Counted from the stretch's first letter, positions 18,497-28,900 are shown. The stretch: DNA of 64,000 nt from an uncultured marine group III euryarchaeote (GCA_902627615.1 CACOJW010000004.1:11965-75964), one strand, 5' to 3'. Notes: generated by a model not told the origin, from the letters alone. Program-made: numbers and translations.

Positions 18497-19426
18497 TTAT
18501 TTAACCTTTGTTGTCTTTGAATTATTAGCTGTTTCGCTCAAAGCTTCGAGTTTAGTTATGAACAATTTCACTTCTTCAACGCTCCAACCAGAATAAAATT
18601 CACCCAATCGTGACCAAGCCTCTGCCTCCTCATCTGCCATTCGATATAAGTCAACTAAAGTAGCTTGAATTTTGCCCTCATTAAAATTTTTTGAATAATC
18701 CACTAACCTCTGTTCTACTTTACCTTCATCTACATTATAACTCGTGTTAATATCTAGATCACTAAATTCTAGATAATCACCAAGTAATGTCTGAGGAACA
18801 TAAAGAATATACATTCCAGAAAAAAAGACGCCAAATTGAAAGATTAAGTATCCTTCTGAGGCATATCCAAAGGTAAACCAACCTTCCTCGTCCAAATACA
18901 TTTTTGTATAATAATAGTAGCTTATGAATGTAAAAATAAAGAATGAAGGGACCGATAGTAGCCAATCAGTAAGGCTAATTGATCTGTCTGCTTCGGGTAC
19001 TTGGCCAACGATATTGTATCTTAATCCATATATTTCAAGAATCATCCAATACATCAAGAACATCGCCAGAAAAATGAGAATTAAGCTAACTACAAACCAA
19101 ACTATCCCTTGATCAAACATTACAAAAAGAATAATTGTTCCAAAAGCTGTAAGCCAATAAACTCCAATTAACCAAACTCCATGGGTCCAAATCTTGTAAA
19201 ATAGTTGCTGTAAACATATCAAGCAGGTAATACCTGAAAATAACCATACTGGAGTAGAAATCAAATGAAATTCAATCCCAAATAAGGGTAAAGATATTAA
19301 TTTCCCAATGCCGCCCTCTACGTAACCACAAAACAACGAAATTGTAAACGTCAAGGTTGAGAGAACTAAAAGTAAAGATTCTTCCACTGATCTTTCCAAT
19401 CCAAGCTGACGACCTAGCAATCCCAT
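18497..19426 (-). CDS. hypothetical polytopic membrane protein (about 6-7 TM) with C-terminal soluble helical domain
   Basis: Multiple hydrophobic helices. Co-directional with the surface protein, 74 nt upstream of it. No known family recognised. Confidence 0.4.
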   Translation of the reverse strand: MGLLGRQLGLERSVEESLLLVLSTLTFTISLFCGYVEGGIGKLISLPLFGIEFHLISTPVWLFSGITCLICLQQLFYKIWTHGVWLIGVYWLTAFGTIILFVMFDQGIVWFVVSLILIFLAMFLMYWMILEIYGLRYNIVGQVPEADRSISLTDWLLSVPSFFIFTFISYYYYTKMYLDEEGWFTFGYASEGYLIFQFGVFFSGMYILYVPQTLLGDYLEFSDLDINTSYNVDEGKVEQRLVDYSKNFNEGKIQATLVDLYRMADEEAEAWSRLGEFYSGWSVEEVKLFITKLEALSETANNSKTTKVK

Positions 19427-19479
19427 TAATCTATTAGTTTGAAAGTTACTACAAATAGATTTTGTGCAGTCTTAAATTA

Positions 19480-19968
19480 CTACTTTTCATCCATAGCCTG
19501 CTTCAGAAGATCACCCATTGTTAGAGCCTTATTAGTTTGATTAGAGCTGGTACTAGACTGCACTTCTACTTTTTCTAATAACTTAATTCCTAGCGCATTC
19601 TCTAATTTTTTTATGAGTTTCTCATTGGGCTTCATATTTCCTGCTTCAACTGAAGTTAAAATGGATTTTTTCTCAGAGATTTTGATGGCTAAGTTCGCAG
19701 GACCTAGTCCTTTTTTTTCCCTAGCACGCCTAACTCTGGAACCATAATCGCTAACCAAAACATATTCGTCCGGTTCTAATTCCTCATATCTATCTCGCTG
19801 CCTACGTTTTTCTAGTGCTTGAGACACATAAGCCCTATGACCTATAGATTCACGGAAACTTGTTTGAGAACCCATTTCTCCACAAGAGCTACAAAGTCTC
19901 AAGACAGAACCTGAGACTTTTCTAGGTTCCAAGTTTGCTGATTCGGCGCCACACATTTCACAAAGCAT
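19480..19968 (-). CDS. archaeal multiprotein-bridging factor 1 homolog (aMBF1): N-terminal zinc ribbon plus C-terminal XRE-type HTH
   Basis: CxxC...CxxC (MLCEMCGAE...RLCSSCGEMG) followed by an HTH (ANLAIKISEKKSILTSVEAGNMKPNEKLIKKLENALGI). About 160 aa, as expected for aMBF1. Confidence 0.65.
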   Translation of the reverse strand: MLCEMCGAESANLEPRKVSGSVLRLCSSCGEMGSQTSFRESIGHRAYVSQALEKRRQRDRYEELEPDEYVLVSDYGSRVRRAREKKGLGPANLAIKISEKKSILTSVEAGNMKPNEKLIKKLENALGIKLLEKVEVQSSTSSNQTNKALTMGDLLKQAMDEK

Positions 19969-20021
19969 ATCAAGTCACAACTGATATATATCTAAGCCAA
20001 TTAAATGTTTAGTGATAATAA

Positions 20022-21224
20022 ATGTCCCCCGAAGAAACCGAAGGTGACGTCTCTACGCCAGAGAAAGGAGATGACTGGAACAAATGGCTAATCGAAGAGA
20101 CTGAAAGGTTCGAAGCTGAAAAGCGCCAACTTGAAGCTGATGTTTCTCGAATGAAGAGAGAAAATGCCCATTTGAAAGGAGAACTGGCTAGATTAAGAGC
20201 ACCGCCTCAAGTAATTGGAACTGTAACTGACAGATTAAAAGACGGACGTGTTAGCATAAAGTCAAGCAGTGGACCTGATTTCGTAGTCCATATTTCAGAA
20301 GGGATAGATAAAGAGAATTTAGAGGCTGGCGATCGCGTAGCTCTTCACAGACAGACCCTAGCAGTCTTAGAGTCTTTACCTTCTACTAAGGATCCTCTCG
20401 TAATGGGTGCTGAAGTTGACAGTAAACCAAGTGAAAATTACAAAGATATAGGTGGTTTGGTAGAAGAATTAAATGAACTTAGAAGCACTGTAGAGTTACC
20501 TATGCTTCATCCAAAAAGATTCACAAAAGTAGGTGTTGAGCCTCCTAAAGGAGTTCTGCTTGTAGGACCTCCAGGAACCGGGAAAACTCTGATGGCTAAA
20601 GCAGTAGCTAATGCAACAAACGCTACATTCATTCGCCTAATAGGAAGTGAATTGGTACAAAAATACATAGGTGAAGGTGCTAGACTTGTTAGGGAGCTTT
20701 TCCAATTGGCCCAAGAAAAGGCACCTAGCATTATTTTCATAGACGAACTTGATGCTGTTGGAGCAAAGAGAATGGATGTTGGGACAACTGGTGATAGAGA
20801 AGTTCAGAGAACTTTAATGCAATTATTAGGTGAATTAGATGGATTTACCCCTAGAGGAAATGTTTCGATTATGGCTGCCTCAAACCGTCCAGACATACTA
20901 GATGAAGCCCTTCTGAGACCTGGTAGATTTGATAGAATAATCAAAATACCCCTTCCTGAAGAAGAAGCCCGATTAAAAATAATAAAAATACATACCAAAG
21001 AAATGTCAGTTTCTAGAGGTATAAATTACAAGAAAATTGCTGCAGAAACTGAGGGACTGTCTGGAGCAGACTTGAGAGCTTTATGTGTTGAGGCTGGAAT
21101 GAATGCAATTAATGATAAACAGGCAAAAATTAGTTCTAAAAATTTCTTTGACGCATTAGAAAAAGTGAAAAATAGACTAACTGATGCTGAAATTTCAGAG
21201 CCTGAAGGCGGATTATACTATTGA
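20022..21224 (+). CDS. pan: proteasome-activating nucleotidase (PAN), AAA+ ATPase
   Basis: N-terminal coiled coil, Walker A GVLLVGPPGTGKT, Walker B IIFIDELDA, and a C-terminal GLYY (HbYX-like) tail. Confidence 0.85.
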   Translation: MSPEETEGDVSTPEKGDDWNKWLIEETERFEAEKRQLEADVSRMKRENAHLKGELARLRAPPQVIGTVTDRLKDGRVSIKSSSGPDFVVHISEGIDKENLEAGDRVALHRQTLAVLESLPSTKDPLVMGAEVDSKPSENYKDIGGLVEELNELRSTVELPMLHPKRFTKVGVEPPKGVLLVGPPGTGKTLMAKAVANATNATFIRLIGSELVQKYIGEGARLVRELFQLAQEKAPSIIFIDELDAVGAKRMDVGTTGDREVQRTLMQLLGELDGFTPRGNVSIMAASNRPDILDEALLRPGRFDRIIKIPLPEEEARLKIIKIHTKEMSVSRGINYKKIAAETEGLSGADLRALCVEAGMNAINDKQAKISSKNFFDALEKVKNRLTDAEISEPEGGLYY

Positions 21225-21898
21225 ATAGAGATATTTCAAAACGAAATGCTGCTGAAGAAGCTGTCAAGTATGTTAAGAATGGAATGGTCGTAGGATTAGG
21301 TACTGGTTCTACTGCAAAGATAGCTGTTGATCTTATTGCTTCTAAATTAAATGAAGATTTCCAGATAGTGGGAATGCCCACTTCAATTCAGACAAAATTA
21401 CAGGCCAAACAATTAGGAATTGAATTAATAGAAATCGATGAAGCTGAAACTATTGATTTAGCAATAGATGGTGCTGACGAAGTTTCCCCTAACATGTCTT
21501 TAATTAAAGGACTAGGGGGGGCACTGTTAAGAGAAAAGAAAGTTGAAAAAAAAGCAAAAGAACTGATTATAATTGTTGATGAAGGAAAGTTAGTTCAAAA
21601 GCTAGGTCGAGGTGAACTTCCTGTAGAAGTTAGCCCAAACAGTTATGAAGTAACCGGCTCAAAAATTGAAGAATTAGGGTGTAAGGCATCGCTAAGAATT
21701 AAAGAAGATGGAAATCCTTTTGTCACTGATAATCAAAACTACATTTATCACTGTAGATTCACTGACGGTATAGAAAACCCAAATTTACTAGATACAAATT
21801 TGCAAGCTATTGAGGGAGTGAAAGATACCGGATTGTTTCTGAATATGGCAACTAAAGTTATAGTAGGCAATGATAAAGGCATACAAATAATGCAATAA
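21221..21898 (+). CDS. rpiA: ribose-5-phosphate isomerase A
   Basis: VVGLGTGSTA, DGADEV and KGLGGALLREK motifs typical of RpiA. 225 aa. Confidence 0.8.
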   Translation: MNRDISKRNAAEEAVKYVKNGMVVGLGTGSTAKIAVDLIASKLNEDFQIVGMPTSIQTKLQAKQLGIELIEIDEAETIDLAIDGADEVSPNMSLIKGLGGALLREKKVEKKAKELIIIVDEGKLVQKLGRGELPVEVSPNSYEVTGSKIEELGCKASLRIKEDGNPFVTDNQNYIYHCRFTDGIENPNLLDTNLQAIEGVKDTGLFLNMATKVIVGNDKGIQIMQ

Positions 21899-22048
21899 CT
21901 ACTTGCCACGCTGTTCCTTTGCCTTAGGCCTCAAACCTTTGTAATTACATTTACGGCATTTAACAGCCTTCCAAGCATTAATTGCATTACACTGCATACA
22001 GACCTTCTTGTTGAACATCCGTGCTTCGGCTTCGGGAAAACGGGCCAT
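21899..22048 (-). CDS. rpl40e: 50S ribosomal protein L40e
   Basis: Not in the ORF track because it is under 60 aa. Minus-strand translation gives [49 protein letters not shown], a close match to archaeal L40e with its C4 zinc motif. Confidence 0.75.
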   Translation of the reverse strand: MARFPEAEARMFNKKVCMQCNAINAWKAVKCRKCNYKGLRPKAKEQRGK

Positions 22049-22254
22049 AACTGCGCCGTAGAAGGTGTGGTTATAATGATTGTGCTAAAAATTAACAAAA
22101 GAACTAATAAACATGCCTCTCTAACGCATACTATGCATATGTGCCCCAGAAGGGTGGACCATGTCAGAGGTTTCTAGCAATTGATTAGTTACGAAACGTC
22201 CTATAATTATCTGCAAACTGGAGACTCTAAGGTCTTGAGGAGGAAGAGGCTATA

Positions 22255-23355
22255 GTGGAATTTTTAGCAATTTTTAACTCAGTATCAGAAGGATTAGAAA
22301 GTGATGAACTTAACTGGATTAGAATTTCAATTTTTCTAATTCTAGCACTAGGCGTTTCATTTCTTTGCTCTCTATTGGAAGCTATTATCTTATCTGTTAC
22401 GTGGTCTCACATTGAAATACTTAGTAAAGATGAAAGAAACAGTGGCGATAGATTAAAAAGACTGAAAGAAGAAATAGATCAACCATTAGCTGCAATATTA
22501 ACTCTAAACACTATATCTCATACGATTGGTGCTGCAGGCGTTGGCTCTGAATTCCATAAACTTGGTAACGAATGGTTCACTATTGCATCTATTGTTCTCA
22601 CAATACTAATATTAGTTTTTTCAGAAATCATCCCAAAAACCTTGGGAGCAATATACTGGAAAAGAATGGCACCTTCAGCAGCATACACGTTGGATTTACT
22701 TTTATGGATAACTTGGCCGATTGTAGTTGCTCTAAATTACTTCTCAAAGAAAATATCTGAAGGAAATGAAGATCAAAAAGAAATGACTCGCGAGGAAATG
22801 ATTGCGGTTGCGGAAATTGGAGAAACCCAAGGAGCTTTGGAAAAGCAAGAAACTCAAGTCATTAAAAATTTATTAACCTTAGATAAAATACTAGCCGAAG
22901 ATGTAATGACACCTAGTACCGTTATGATGACTTTTCACAAAGAAGAAACAATCGAAGAGGTTATACAAAAAAATTCACCGATCCCATTTTCTAGAATTCC
23001 AATCGTGGACGAAGATCTAGATGATATTATAGGTGTAGTATTGCGAAGTACAATACTAGAAATAAGCAACGAGGGAAATACTGATAAAAAAATGTCAGAG
23101 ATAACTTCTAACTTATCTACAGTAAGTCCTGAAGACTCTGTTGCTACTCTACTCGATGAATTCCTAAAAAAGAAAGAACACATCTTTCTAGTTGTTGATG
23201 AACACGGAGCTACACAAGGAATTATTACACTTGAAGATGCTGTAGAAACTCTATTAGGTGCTGAAATTGTAGATGAATCCGATTCTGTTGAAGATATGAG
23301 GCAATTAGCAAGAGAATTATGGGAAAAACGAAGAAAAAGAAAAAAACTAATCTAA
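22255..23355 (+). CDS. CNNM/CorC-family transporter (DUF21 membrane domain plus CBS pair), Mg2+/Co2+ efflux-like
   Basis: DUF21 TM domain (LNTISHTIGAAGVG) followed by tandem CBS domains and a basic C-terminal tail. Confidence 0.7.
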   Translation: MEFLAIFNSVSEGLESDELNWIRISIFLILALGVSFLCSLLEAIILSVTWSHIEILSKDERNSGDRLKRLKEEIDQPLAAILTLNTISHTIGAAGVGSEFHKLGNEWFTIASIVLTILILVFSEIIPKTLGAIYWKRMAPSAAYTLDLLLWITWPIVVALNYFSKKISEGNEDQKEMTREEMIAVAEIGETQGALEKQETQVIKNLLTLDKILAEDVMTPSTVMMTFHKEETIEEVIQKNSPIPFSRIPIVDEDLDDIIGVVLRSTILEISNEGNTDKKMSEITSNLSTVSPEDSVATLLDEFLKKKEHIFLVVDEHGATQGIITLEDAVETLLGAEIVDESDSVEDMRQLARELWEKRRKRKKLI

Positions 23356-26247
23356 CGTTTGACTAGTATACCACTCTTTAATTCTATTTGACGTCCAAAT
23401 CATACTTGGAAGAACAAATATTGCTATGAATATTGAATATACTATTGTAGCTGCAGTTATTATACCGAAATTTCTCACTAAAGGCATCGGAGATAAGAAT
23501 AAGACTGCAAAACCAGAAACTGTAGTAAGACCTGAAATCAATATTGCGGAACCTGTAAGTTTTATCGTAGATTCTATAGCCTGCCTCTCACTTTTATGAG
23601 CAATTTCCTCTCTATATCTTTCAACTATATGTATCGCATAATCTATGCCTAAACCAACCGTTAGTGCTGTAACCATAACTGTTAAGACATTCAAAGTAAT
23701 CCCTACTTGCCACATTGTTGCCATAATCCAGATTATGGCCAAAATTGTAGGCAAAGTTGCTACCAAGCTTAATTCGAGATTCCGATATATTAAAGTCAAG
23801 ACAACTGCTGCTAAAACAATTGAAAGCAAAGTAGAACTTATTTGGGTAGATTGTATTTCATTAACTGTAACGCTTGTTAATACATGTCCCCCTGTTATAC
23901 TAATCTCATATTCGGGGTCTGCAGCCATCGTAGAGGGTATATTTCCAGACAACTCATTCCTCATGTATTCAAGGCCTTCATTATCGAGTTCATAATTACT
24001 TGAAGGTCCAAGATATACTCTAATCACTGCAGAATTGTAATAACCATTTTCATCCTTTGATAAAACATGCTTTATTCTGTCTGAATAAGATTCACCTGTG
24101 AATGGATCTGCAACGTCTAAATCTCTTTGATAGAGATAATCATATAAGTTCTTGATATCATTATCTGTTGTTTGACTAAAGGGTTTTGATTGGTAAGTTA
24201 AATTAAACGTATGTTGTATTGATTGAACGTAAACATAATTTTCAGAATTTTTTACACTTATACCTGAAACAAGAGGGCTTGTAGCGCCTGCTTGCATATT
24301 GGGATATGTGAATTTTAAACGTGAAATTTTAGCTTCAGAAGGAGGAACAACTGAAGACTTTGAGCACAATGATAGATTAGGATTTAGCCCATTACAATTC
24401 AATCTTTCTGAACCAAATAAATTATTAGACGAATCATACCAATATATCTCTCCCTCAATAGTGGAAGATAACAACAAATTATGGACATCCCAATCAATTA
24501 CTAATAGTTGGTCAGCTTTAGAAGCTGAATAAACATTAAAGAAGTTTGTAGTGATAGATTCTGAGGAATCATTTCTTTTTTGACCTACATTATACTCTTC
24601 AGAATCAATAGATTTCTGAATAACCTCATAAACTGATTCAACTCTAGCTGCAGATCCAACTTTGATTACATATCTATCTCCATTAAGGCCATTATTGTCG
24701 TTACCTTGTTCTCCATATTGGAACTCATAAGAACTGTTCAAAAAATCTGTAGTTGCTACAGGACCATTAATAAGAATCTGCGACTGGGAATAGCTAGCAC
24801 CTCTAAAATCATTTTGAATACTATCTGCTGTTACCATTATTTCTAAATCATTAGATAAAAAGTCCTCTAGTCCAAAAGAGGTATCAACGTTTGAACCATA
24901 ATAACCAGCTACTAATGTTAAAATAATTACTGTAGAAATTATAGCACTTGGATATTTGTCAACTATATCTGCAGCCCTTGAAATCGAAACTTCAACTATT
25001 TCAGAACTCTTGACATCTGTGAGGTTATCCTCTGAGTTGGAATCAAGTAAATATCTAAGAGAAGTATAGAACAATAAAGTTAAAATGAAAGACGTTGAAA
25101 TACCTATAGCGCACAAGAGGCTAAAATCTCTAACTGGACCAACTCCTGCACTAATTCCGGATAAAAATGCTATTACTGTCGTTACAGTAGCTAAGGCTAA
25201 TGCTTGTCCTGTATGTAATTGAGCATCTAACAACGATTCTTCTACTGAATTACCTGCTTTCAGACCTTCCTGATATCTGCGACTAATGTGTACTGCAAAA
25301 TCGATACCTAATCCAACTACTAAAGGAATGACTGCTACAGCTAAAGCTGTAAGTTTAATTCCAATTAAACCGGCAAATGAAAAAGTCCAGAATACTGATA
25401 AAATCAAAGTCAAAATAGGAAAAGTCACGTAACTCCAGTGCCTAAAGGATAACCACAACAAAATTGTAGTAACAATAAGCATACCTATTGCCATGAATAA
25501 ATTTGTCTGCTGAGTCGACTGGTCTACATCATAAGCCAATAAATCTACAGAAAAGGTTTCTGCTTGAACATTACTCCCTGACTCAGAATTATGGGTATCT
25601 GTTAATACTCTCAATTTTTGACCAACATCTTTCTTCTGCTCAGTATCCAATTCTGGATTAAGAGTTATCATTATTATTGTAGAACTAGCTATGGGTGCCG
25701 AAGCGACCGAATCTTTATCTACGATTACTAAAGGATTTATATTAAGATCTTTATTAACCAAAACGTCTGTTACAAAATCAACTTCGTTCCAAGAATAATT
25801 ACCACTGCCTTCAGATCCTATTGAATCTGCAACTAACTGCCAGGGATTCTCTTGATTACTAACATTTACCAACGAAAGACCTACATCTTCTAGTGCGGAA
25901 TCAAAAAATGCGGCTACGGAAAGAACATCCTGCACGCCATCTATTTTTTCACATTGATTATGCAAAATTAAAATATCGTTTAAGTTTTCTAGTGTTAATA
26001 CATTACCTGAAGTAATTGATGTAACATAAAGTTGTACGACACTAGAATCCCGTCCAAAATTCTCATTTATTGTATCGTAGGCTTCAACTTCCCCAGATTG
26101 TGGTAAAAAAGCTTGAACATCTGTCTCAAATTCAACCTTCAAAATTTGTGGAGAAATTATTAATGTAAAAAGAGCTACAAATATCAAAATCTGTCTCGGG
26201 CTGTCGATTGGAAGCCTCGCATAACGCTCTATCATCGTATCGCGCAT
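23347..26247 (-). CDS. RND-superfamily exporter, MMPL/SSD type (two 6-TM bundles each preceded by a large extracytoplasmic domain)
   Basis: 966 aa with the signature LVVGLGIDFAVHISRRY in the first bundle and a repeated GLGIDYAIHIVERYREE in the second. Two long Asn/Ser-rich periplasmic-type domains. Confidence 0.7.
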   Translation of the reverse strand: MRDTMIERYARLPIDSPRQILIFVALFTLIISPQILKVEFETDVQAFLPQSGEVEAYDTINENFGRDSSVVQLYVTSITSGNVLTLENLNDILILHNQCEKIDGVQDVLSVAAFFDSALEDVGLSLVNVSNQENPWQLVADSIGSEGSGNYSWNEVDFVTDVLVNKDLNINPLVIVDKDSVASAPIASSTIIMITLNPELDTEQKKDVGQKLRVLTDTHNSESGSNVQAETFSVDLLAYDVDQSTQQTNLFMAIGMLIVTTILLWLSFRHWSYVTFPILTLILSVFWTFSFAGLIGIKLTALAVAVIPLVVGLGIDFAVHISRRYQEGLKAGNSVEESLLDAQLHTGQALALATVTTVIAFLSGISAGVGPVRDFSLLCAIGISTSFILTLLFYTSLRYLLDSNSEDNLTDVKSSEIVEVSISRAADIVDKYPSAIISTVIILTLVAGYYGSNVDTSFGLEDFLSNDLEIMVTADSIQNDFRGASYSQSQILINGPVATTDFLNSSYEFQYGEQGNDNNGLNGDRYVIKVGSAARVESVYEVIQKSIDSEEYNVGQKRNDSSESITTNFFNVYSASKADQLLVIDWDVHNLLLSSTIEGEIYWYDSSNNLFGSERLNCNGLNPNLSLCSKSSVVPPSEAKISRLKFTYPNMQAGATSPLVSGISVKNSENYVYVQSIQHTFNLTYQSKPFSQTTDNDIKNLYDYLYQRDLDVADPFTGESYSDRIKHVLSKDENGYYNSAVIRVYLGPSSNYELDNEGLEYMRNELSGNIPSTMAADPEYEISITGGHVLTSVTVNEIQSTQISSTLLSIVLAAVVLTLIYRNLELSLVATLPTILAIIWIMATMWQVGITLNVLTVMVTALTVGLGIDYAIHIVERYREEIAHKSERQAIESTIKLTGSAILISGLTTVSGFAVLFLSPMPLVRNFGIITAATIVYSIFIAIFVLPSMIWTSNRIKEWYTSQTLD

Positions 26248-26272
26248 AAGAACCTTGGTTAAAAATTGTCTG

Positions 26273-27052
26273 TCAATGACCTAGACGCCTTTTTCGCATT
26301 TGAAATGCACGAATTGCTCTCAAAAAATCTATTTTTCGCATTTCTGGCCAAAAAACATCTGCAAAGTATAATTCGGAATAAGCCAATTGCCATAAAAGAA
26401 AATTACTAATTCTCTCCTCACCGGAAGTACGTAGTATTAAATCTGGATCTGGTAGGCCACTAGTGTATAAGTTAGAAGATATCAAATCAGCATTTATTTG
26501 AGTAGGATTTAATTCTCCTCTTTTAATCTTCTTAGCAATCTTTTCCATAGAACGAACAATTTCCTGTCTGCCTCCGTAGGCTACAGCTAAATTATAGTTA
26601 AATTTATTGTATTTTTCAGTTTTAGATTCTGCATATTCAATAGCTTTTACCACCTTATCTGGTAACATCTCTCTATGACCTATGGCTCTAACTCTAACTT
26701 CATTTTCATGAACTCTAGGATCGTCACCTGCATTTCTAAAAGACTCTTCGAAAAGGTCCATTAATTTGTTTAATTCTTCTTGCTCTCTGTTGAAATTTTC
26801 TAATGAAAATGCATAAACTGTTAAGTAAGTAATATTTAACTGTCGACACCAATCTGATAGATTTTCTAATGTCGTTTTACCTTCAATATGCCCTTCATGC
26901 GGTAAGATGCCTAGTGTCTCTGCATATCTTCTATTCCCATCCATAATAACTGCCAAATGTTCGGGGACTTTATTCTTTCTAATTTGCCTTTCTAAACGCT
27001 TTTCATACAATTTGTAAACCGGAGAAAGAAAATTCCTTAGAACACGTCGCAT
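26273..27052 (-). CDS. uppS: cis-prenyltransferase, undecaprenyl-diphosphate synthase family (archaeal tritrans,polycis-UPP synthase)
   Basis: HLAVIMDGNRRYA, LTVYAFSLENFNR and RTSGEERISNFLLWQ motifs. Confidence 0.85.
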   Translation of the reverse strand: MRRVLRNFLSPVYKLYEKRLERQIRKNKVPEHLAVIMDGNRRYAETLGILPHEGHIEGKTTLENLSDWCRQLNITYLTVYAFSLENFNREQEELNKLMDLFEESFRNAGDDPRVHENEVRVRAIGHREMLPDKVVKAIEYAESKTEKYNKFNYNLAVAYGGRQEIVRSMEKIAKKIKRGELNPTQINADLISSNLYTSGLPDPDLILRTSGEERISNFLLWQLAYSELYFADVFWPEMRKIDFLRAIRAFQMRKRRLGH

Positions 27053-27103
27053 GTCAATTGAGTGATAGATACAACATTATAAAACAACTTTACTGGGTCT
27101 TAA

Positions 27104-28099
27104 GTGAAAGAAAAATACTTGTTTGAATTGGGGGGAGAAAATATTGAATTGGGGAAATACGAAGCCATAGACCTATTAGAGTATGAAAATTATAAACCTC
27201 AAATTCTTTCACAAGAAATTAATTTACTTGTGGTAGAGGTTATAAAACCAATAGAGAAAAAAATAATGAGGCGATTTGGAATGGTGAAACGAGTTTCAAA
27301 TATTATTAATTATCTCGGAAATGTTCAAATAGAAGAAATCATAGAGAAAATACCAGATATTGAAATCAATAACAAAAGTTTTGCAATACGATTACTTAAG
27401 AAAAATGGAGAATCTGAAAGTAAAATTGCCAAGCTTTTAGGCGAAAAAATATCTTCCAAAAATAGAATAGACTTAAATAATCCTGACGTGAAAATTTTCT
27501 ACTATTCCGGGGAAAATACTATTATTTCAAAGTGGGATAAAAATATGGAAACATATTACTCAAAGTGCTTAGAACACCACGTCAAGTATAGGCCTTATTT
27601 TTCTCCAATAAGTATCCACCCTAGAATTGCTAGATCTATGGTAAATCTTGCCAGATGTCCATGGAAAGGTAAAATTATTGATCCTTTTTGTGGAACTGGT
27701 GGAATTTTAATCGAAATAGCTGATATAGGAATTGATGCCATAGGCATTGACATAATTGACAAAATGAAAGAATATTCATTAGGAAATCTAAAACATTATA
27801 ATCTGTCGGCAGCAGTTTCCTGTGGCGATATAGAAACAATAAATGATTATAATTTCAATGCTATTGTAACTGACCCCCCATACGGCATATCTACTACCAC
27901 AAAGGGAGAAGGTGTCAGTAAATTGATGAAGCGGAGTTTAGATTTATTCTCAATTAAATTAAAACCTAAACAAAGACTAGTTATGGCAGTTTCTAAACCT
28001 GAACTTATTGTTCAACATAGCTTAAAAATAATAAAATGTTTCGAATGGTATATTCACAAGTCTCTAACTAGATACATTATGGTTATAGAAAAAGATTAA
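27104..28099 (+). CDS. SAM-dependent methyltransferase with THUMP-like N-terminus, probable tRNA (guanine10-N2)-methyltransferase (Trm-G10/Trm11-like)
   Basis: DPFCGTGGILIEIADIG (SAM motif I) and TDPPYG (motif IV). About 330 aa with N-terminal ferredoxin-like/THUMP region, as in archaeal Trm-G10. Confidence 0.5.
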   Translation: MKEKYLFELGGENIELGKYEAIDLLEYENYKPQILSQEINLLVVEVIKPIEKKIMRRFGMVKRVSNIINYLGNVQIEEIIEKIPDIEINNKSFAIRLLKKNGESESKIAKLLGEKISSKNRIDLNNPDVKIFYYSGENTIISKWDKNMETYYSKCLEHHVKYRPYFSPISIHPRIARSMVNLARCPWKGKIIDPFCGTGGILIEIADIGIDAIGIDIIDKMKEYSLGNLKHYNLSAAVSCGDIETINDYNFNAIVTDPPYGISTTTKGEGVSKLMKRSLDLFSIKLKPKQRLVMAVSKPELIVQHSLKIIKCFEWYIHKSLTRYIMVIEKD

Positions 28100-28830
28100 T
28101 ATTTAACATCTATAATCAAACTGTAGTCCATGCTCCCTGATTCACTTTCTATAGTGAAAACATAATTTCCTGTAGAACTCAAATCATCACTGCTGTAGGA
28201 CCAAGCACCGTCACCCTCGCTGACTCCAGTTTCTTCTTGTATGATTGCACCATCTGCGTCTGTAAGTCTCAGCGTAACAGCTGATTCTTCTAAGGGATTA
28301 ATACTTGCGGATTCTAAAGAATACTCTACGCGGAGACTAATAACTCCATTATCTACTGGCATTTCTATATCTTCAGTATTATCATTTCCGTTTACATTAC
28401 CGCTTTGCTCATCGTGATAGTCCTCAACAACTAAAACCGTTGTTTCAATTTCATCCGATAATCCTGTTGAATCTGTGACTACCAATTTTACCAAGAATTC
28501 ACCTTTATCAGGATAGTTACGCTCAATGTTAGAGCCCTCATAGTTTTTTGAATCACCTTCAAAAGACCACATAAAAGACAAACTGTCGCCATCTGAATCT
28601 GTTGAATCTGTGCCTGAGAAAGATATAGTCTCGTTTATCTGTATTTTTGGATTTGAAGGTGTAATTCTTGCAATCGGTGGATTACCGCTAGATTCCACCG
28701 GAGTTTCATTATCATCTGTTTGGTCATCCTCTCCTAAGATATCATCTAACATCCCTTCGCTATATGCATAAACTCCTGAAACACAGACACCTAGCAACAA
28801 AAAACTGATTAACAAAGTAACTTTCTTCAT
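28096..28830 (-). CDS. secreted PKD-domain protein
   Basis: Signal peptide MKKVTLLISFLLLGVCVSGVYA followed by a PKD-like domain (ISFSGTDSTDSDGDSLSFMWSFEGD). Confidence 0.55.
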   Translation of the reverse strand: MKKVTLLISFLLLGVCVSGVYAYSEGMLDDILGEDDQTDDNETPVESSGNPPIARITPSNPKIQINETISFSGTDSTDSDGDSLSFMWSFEGDSKNYEGSNIERNYPDKGEFLVKLVVTDSTGLSDEIETTVLVVEDYHDEQSGNVNGNDNTEDIEMPVDNGVISLRVEYSLESASINPLEESAVTLRLTDADGAIIQEETGVSEGDGAWSYSSDDLSSTGNYVFTIESESGSMDYSLIIDVKY

Positions 28831-28900
28831 TGATTTATATTTATTTAAGCCGTATTAATAGTTACCCGTGCTATTAATTCACCATTATTTTAACAAAAGG

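Noticed and set aside
22049-22254. 206-nt intergenic gap after L40e, checked for small RNA genes (C/D or H/ACA sRNA, riboswitch) and small ORFs
   Set aside because: No convincing C box (RUGAUGA) / D box (CUGA) pairing or stable conserved stem-loops could be identified by eye. The only ORF (33 aa, [16 protein letters not shown]...) is low-complexity. Probably promoter and 5' UTR of the CorC/CNNM gene.
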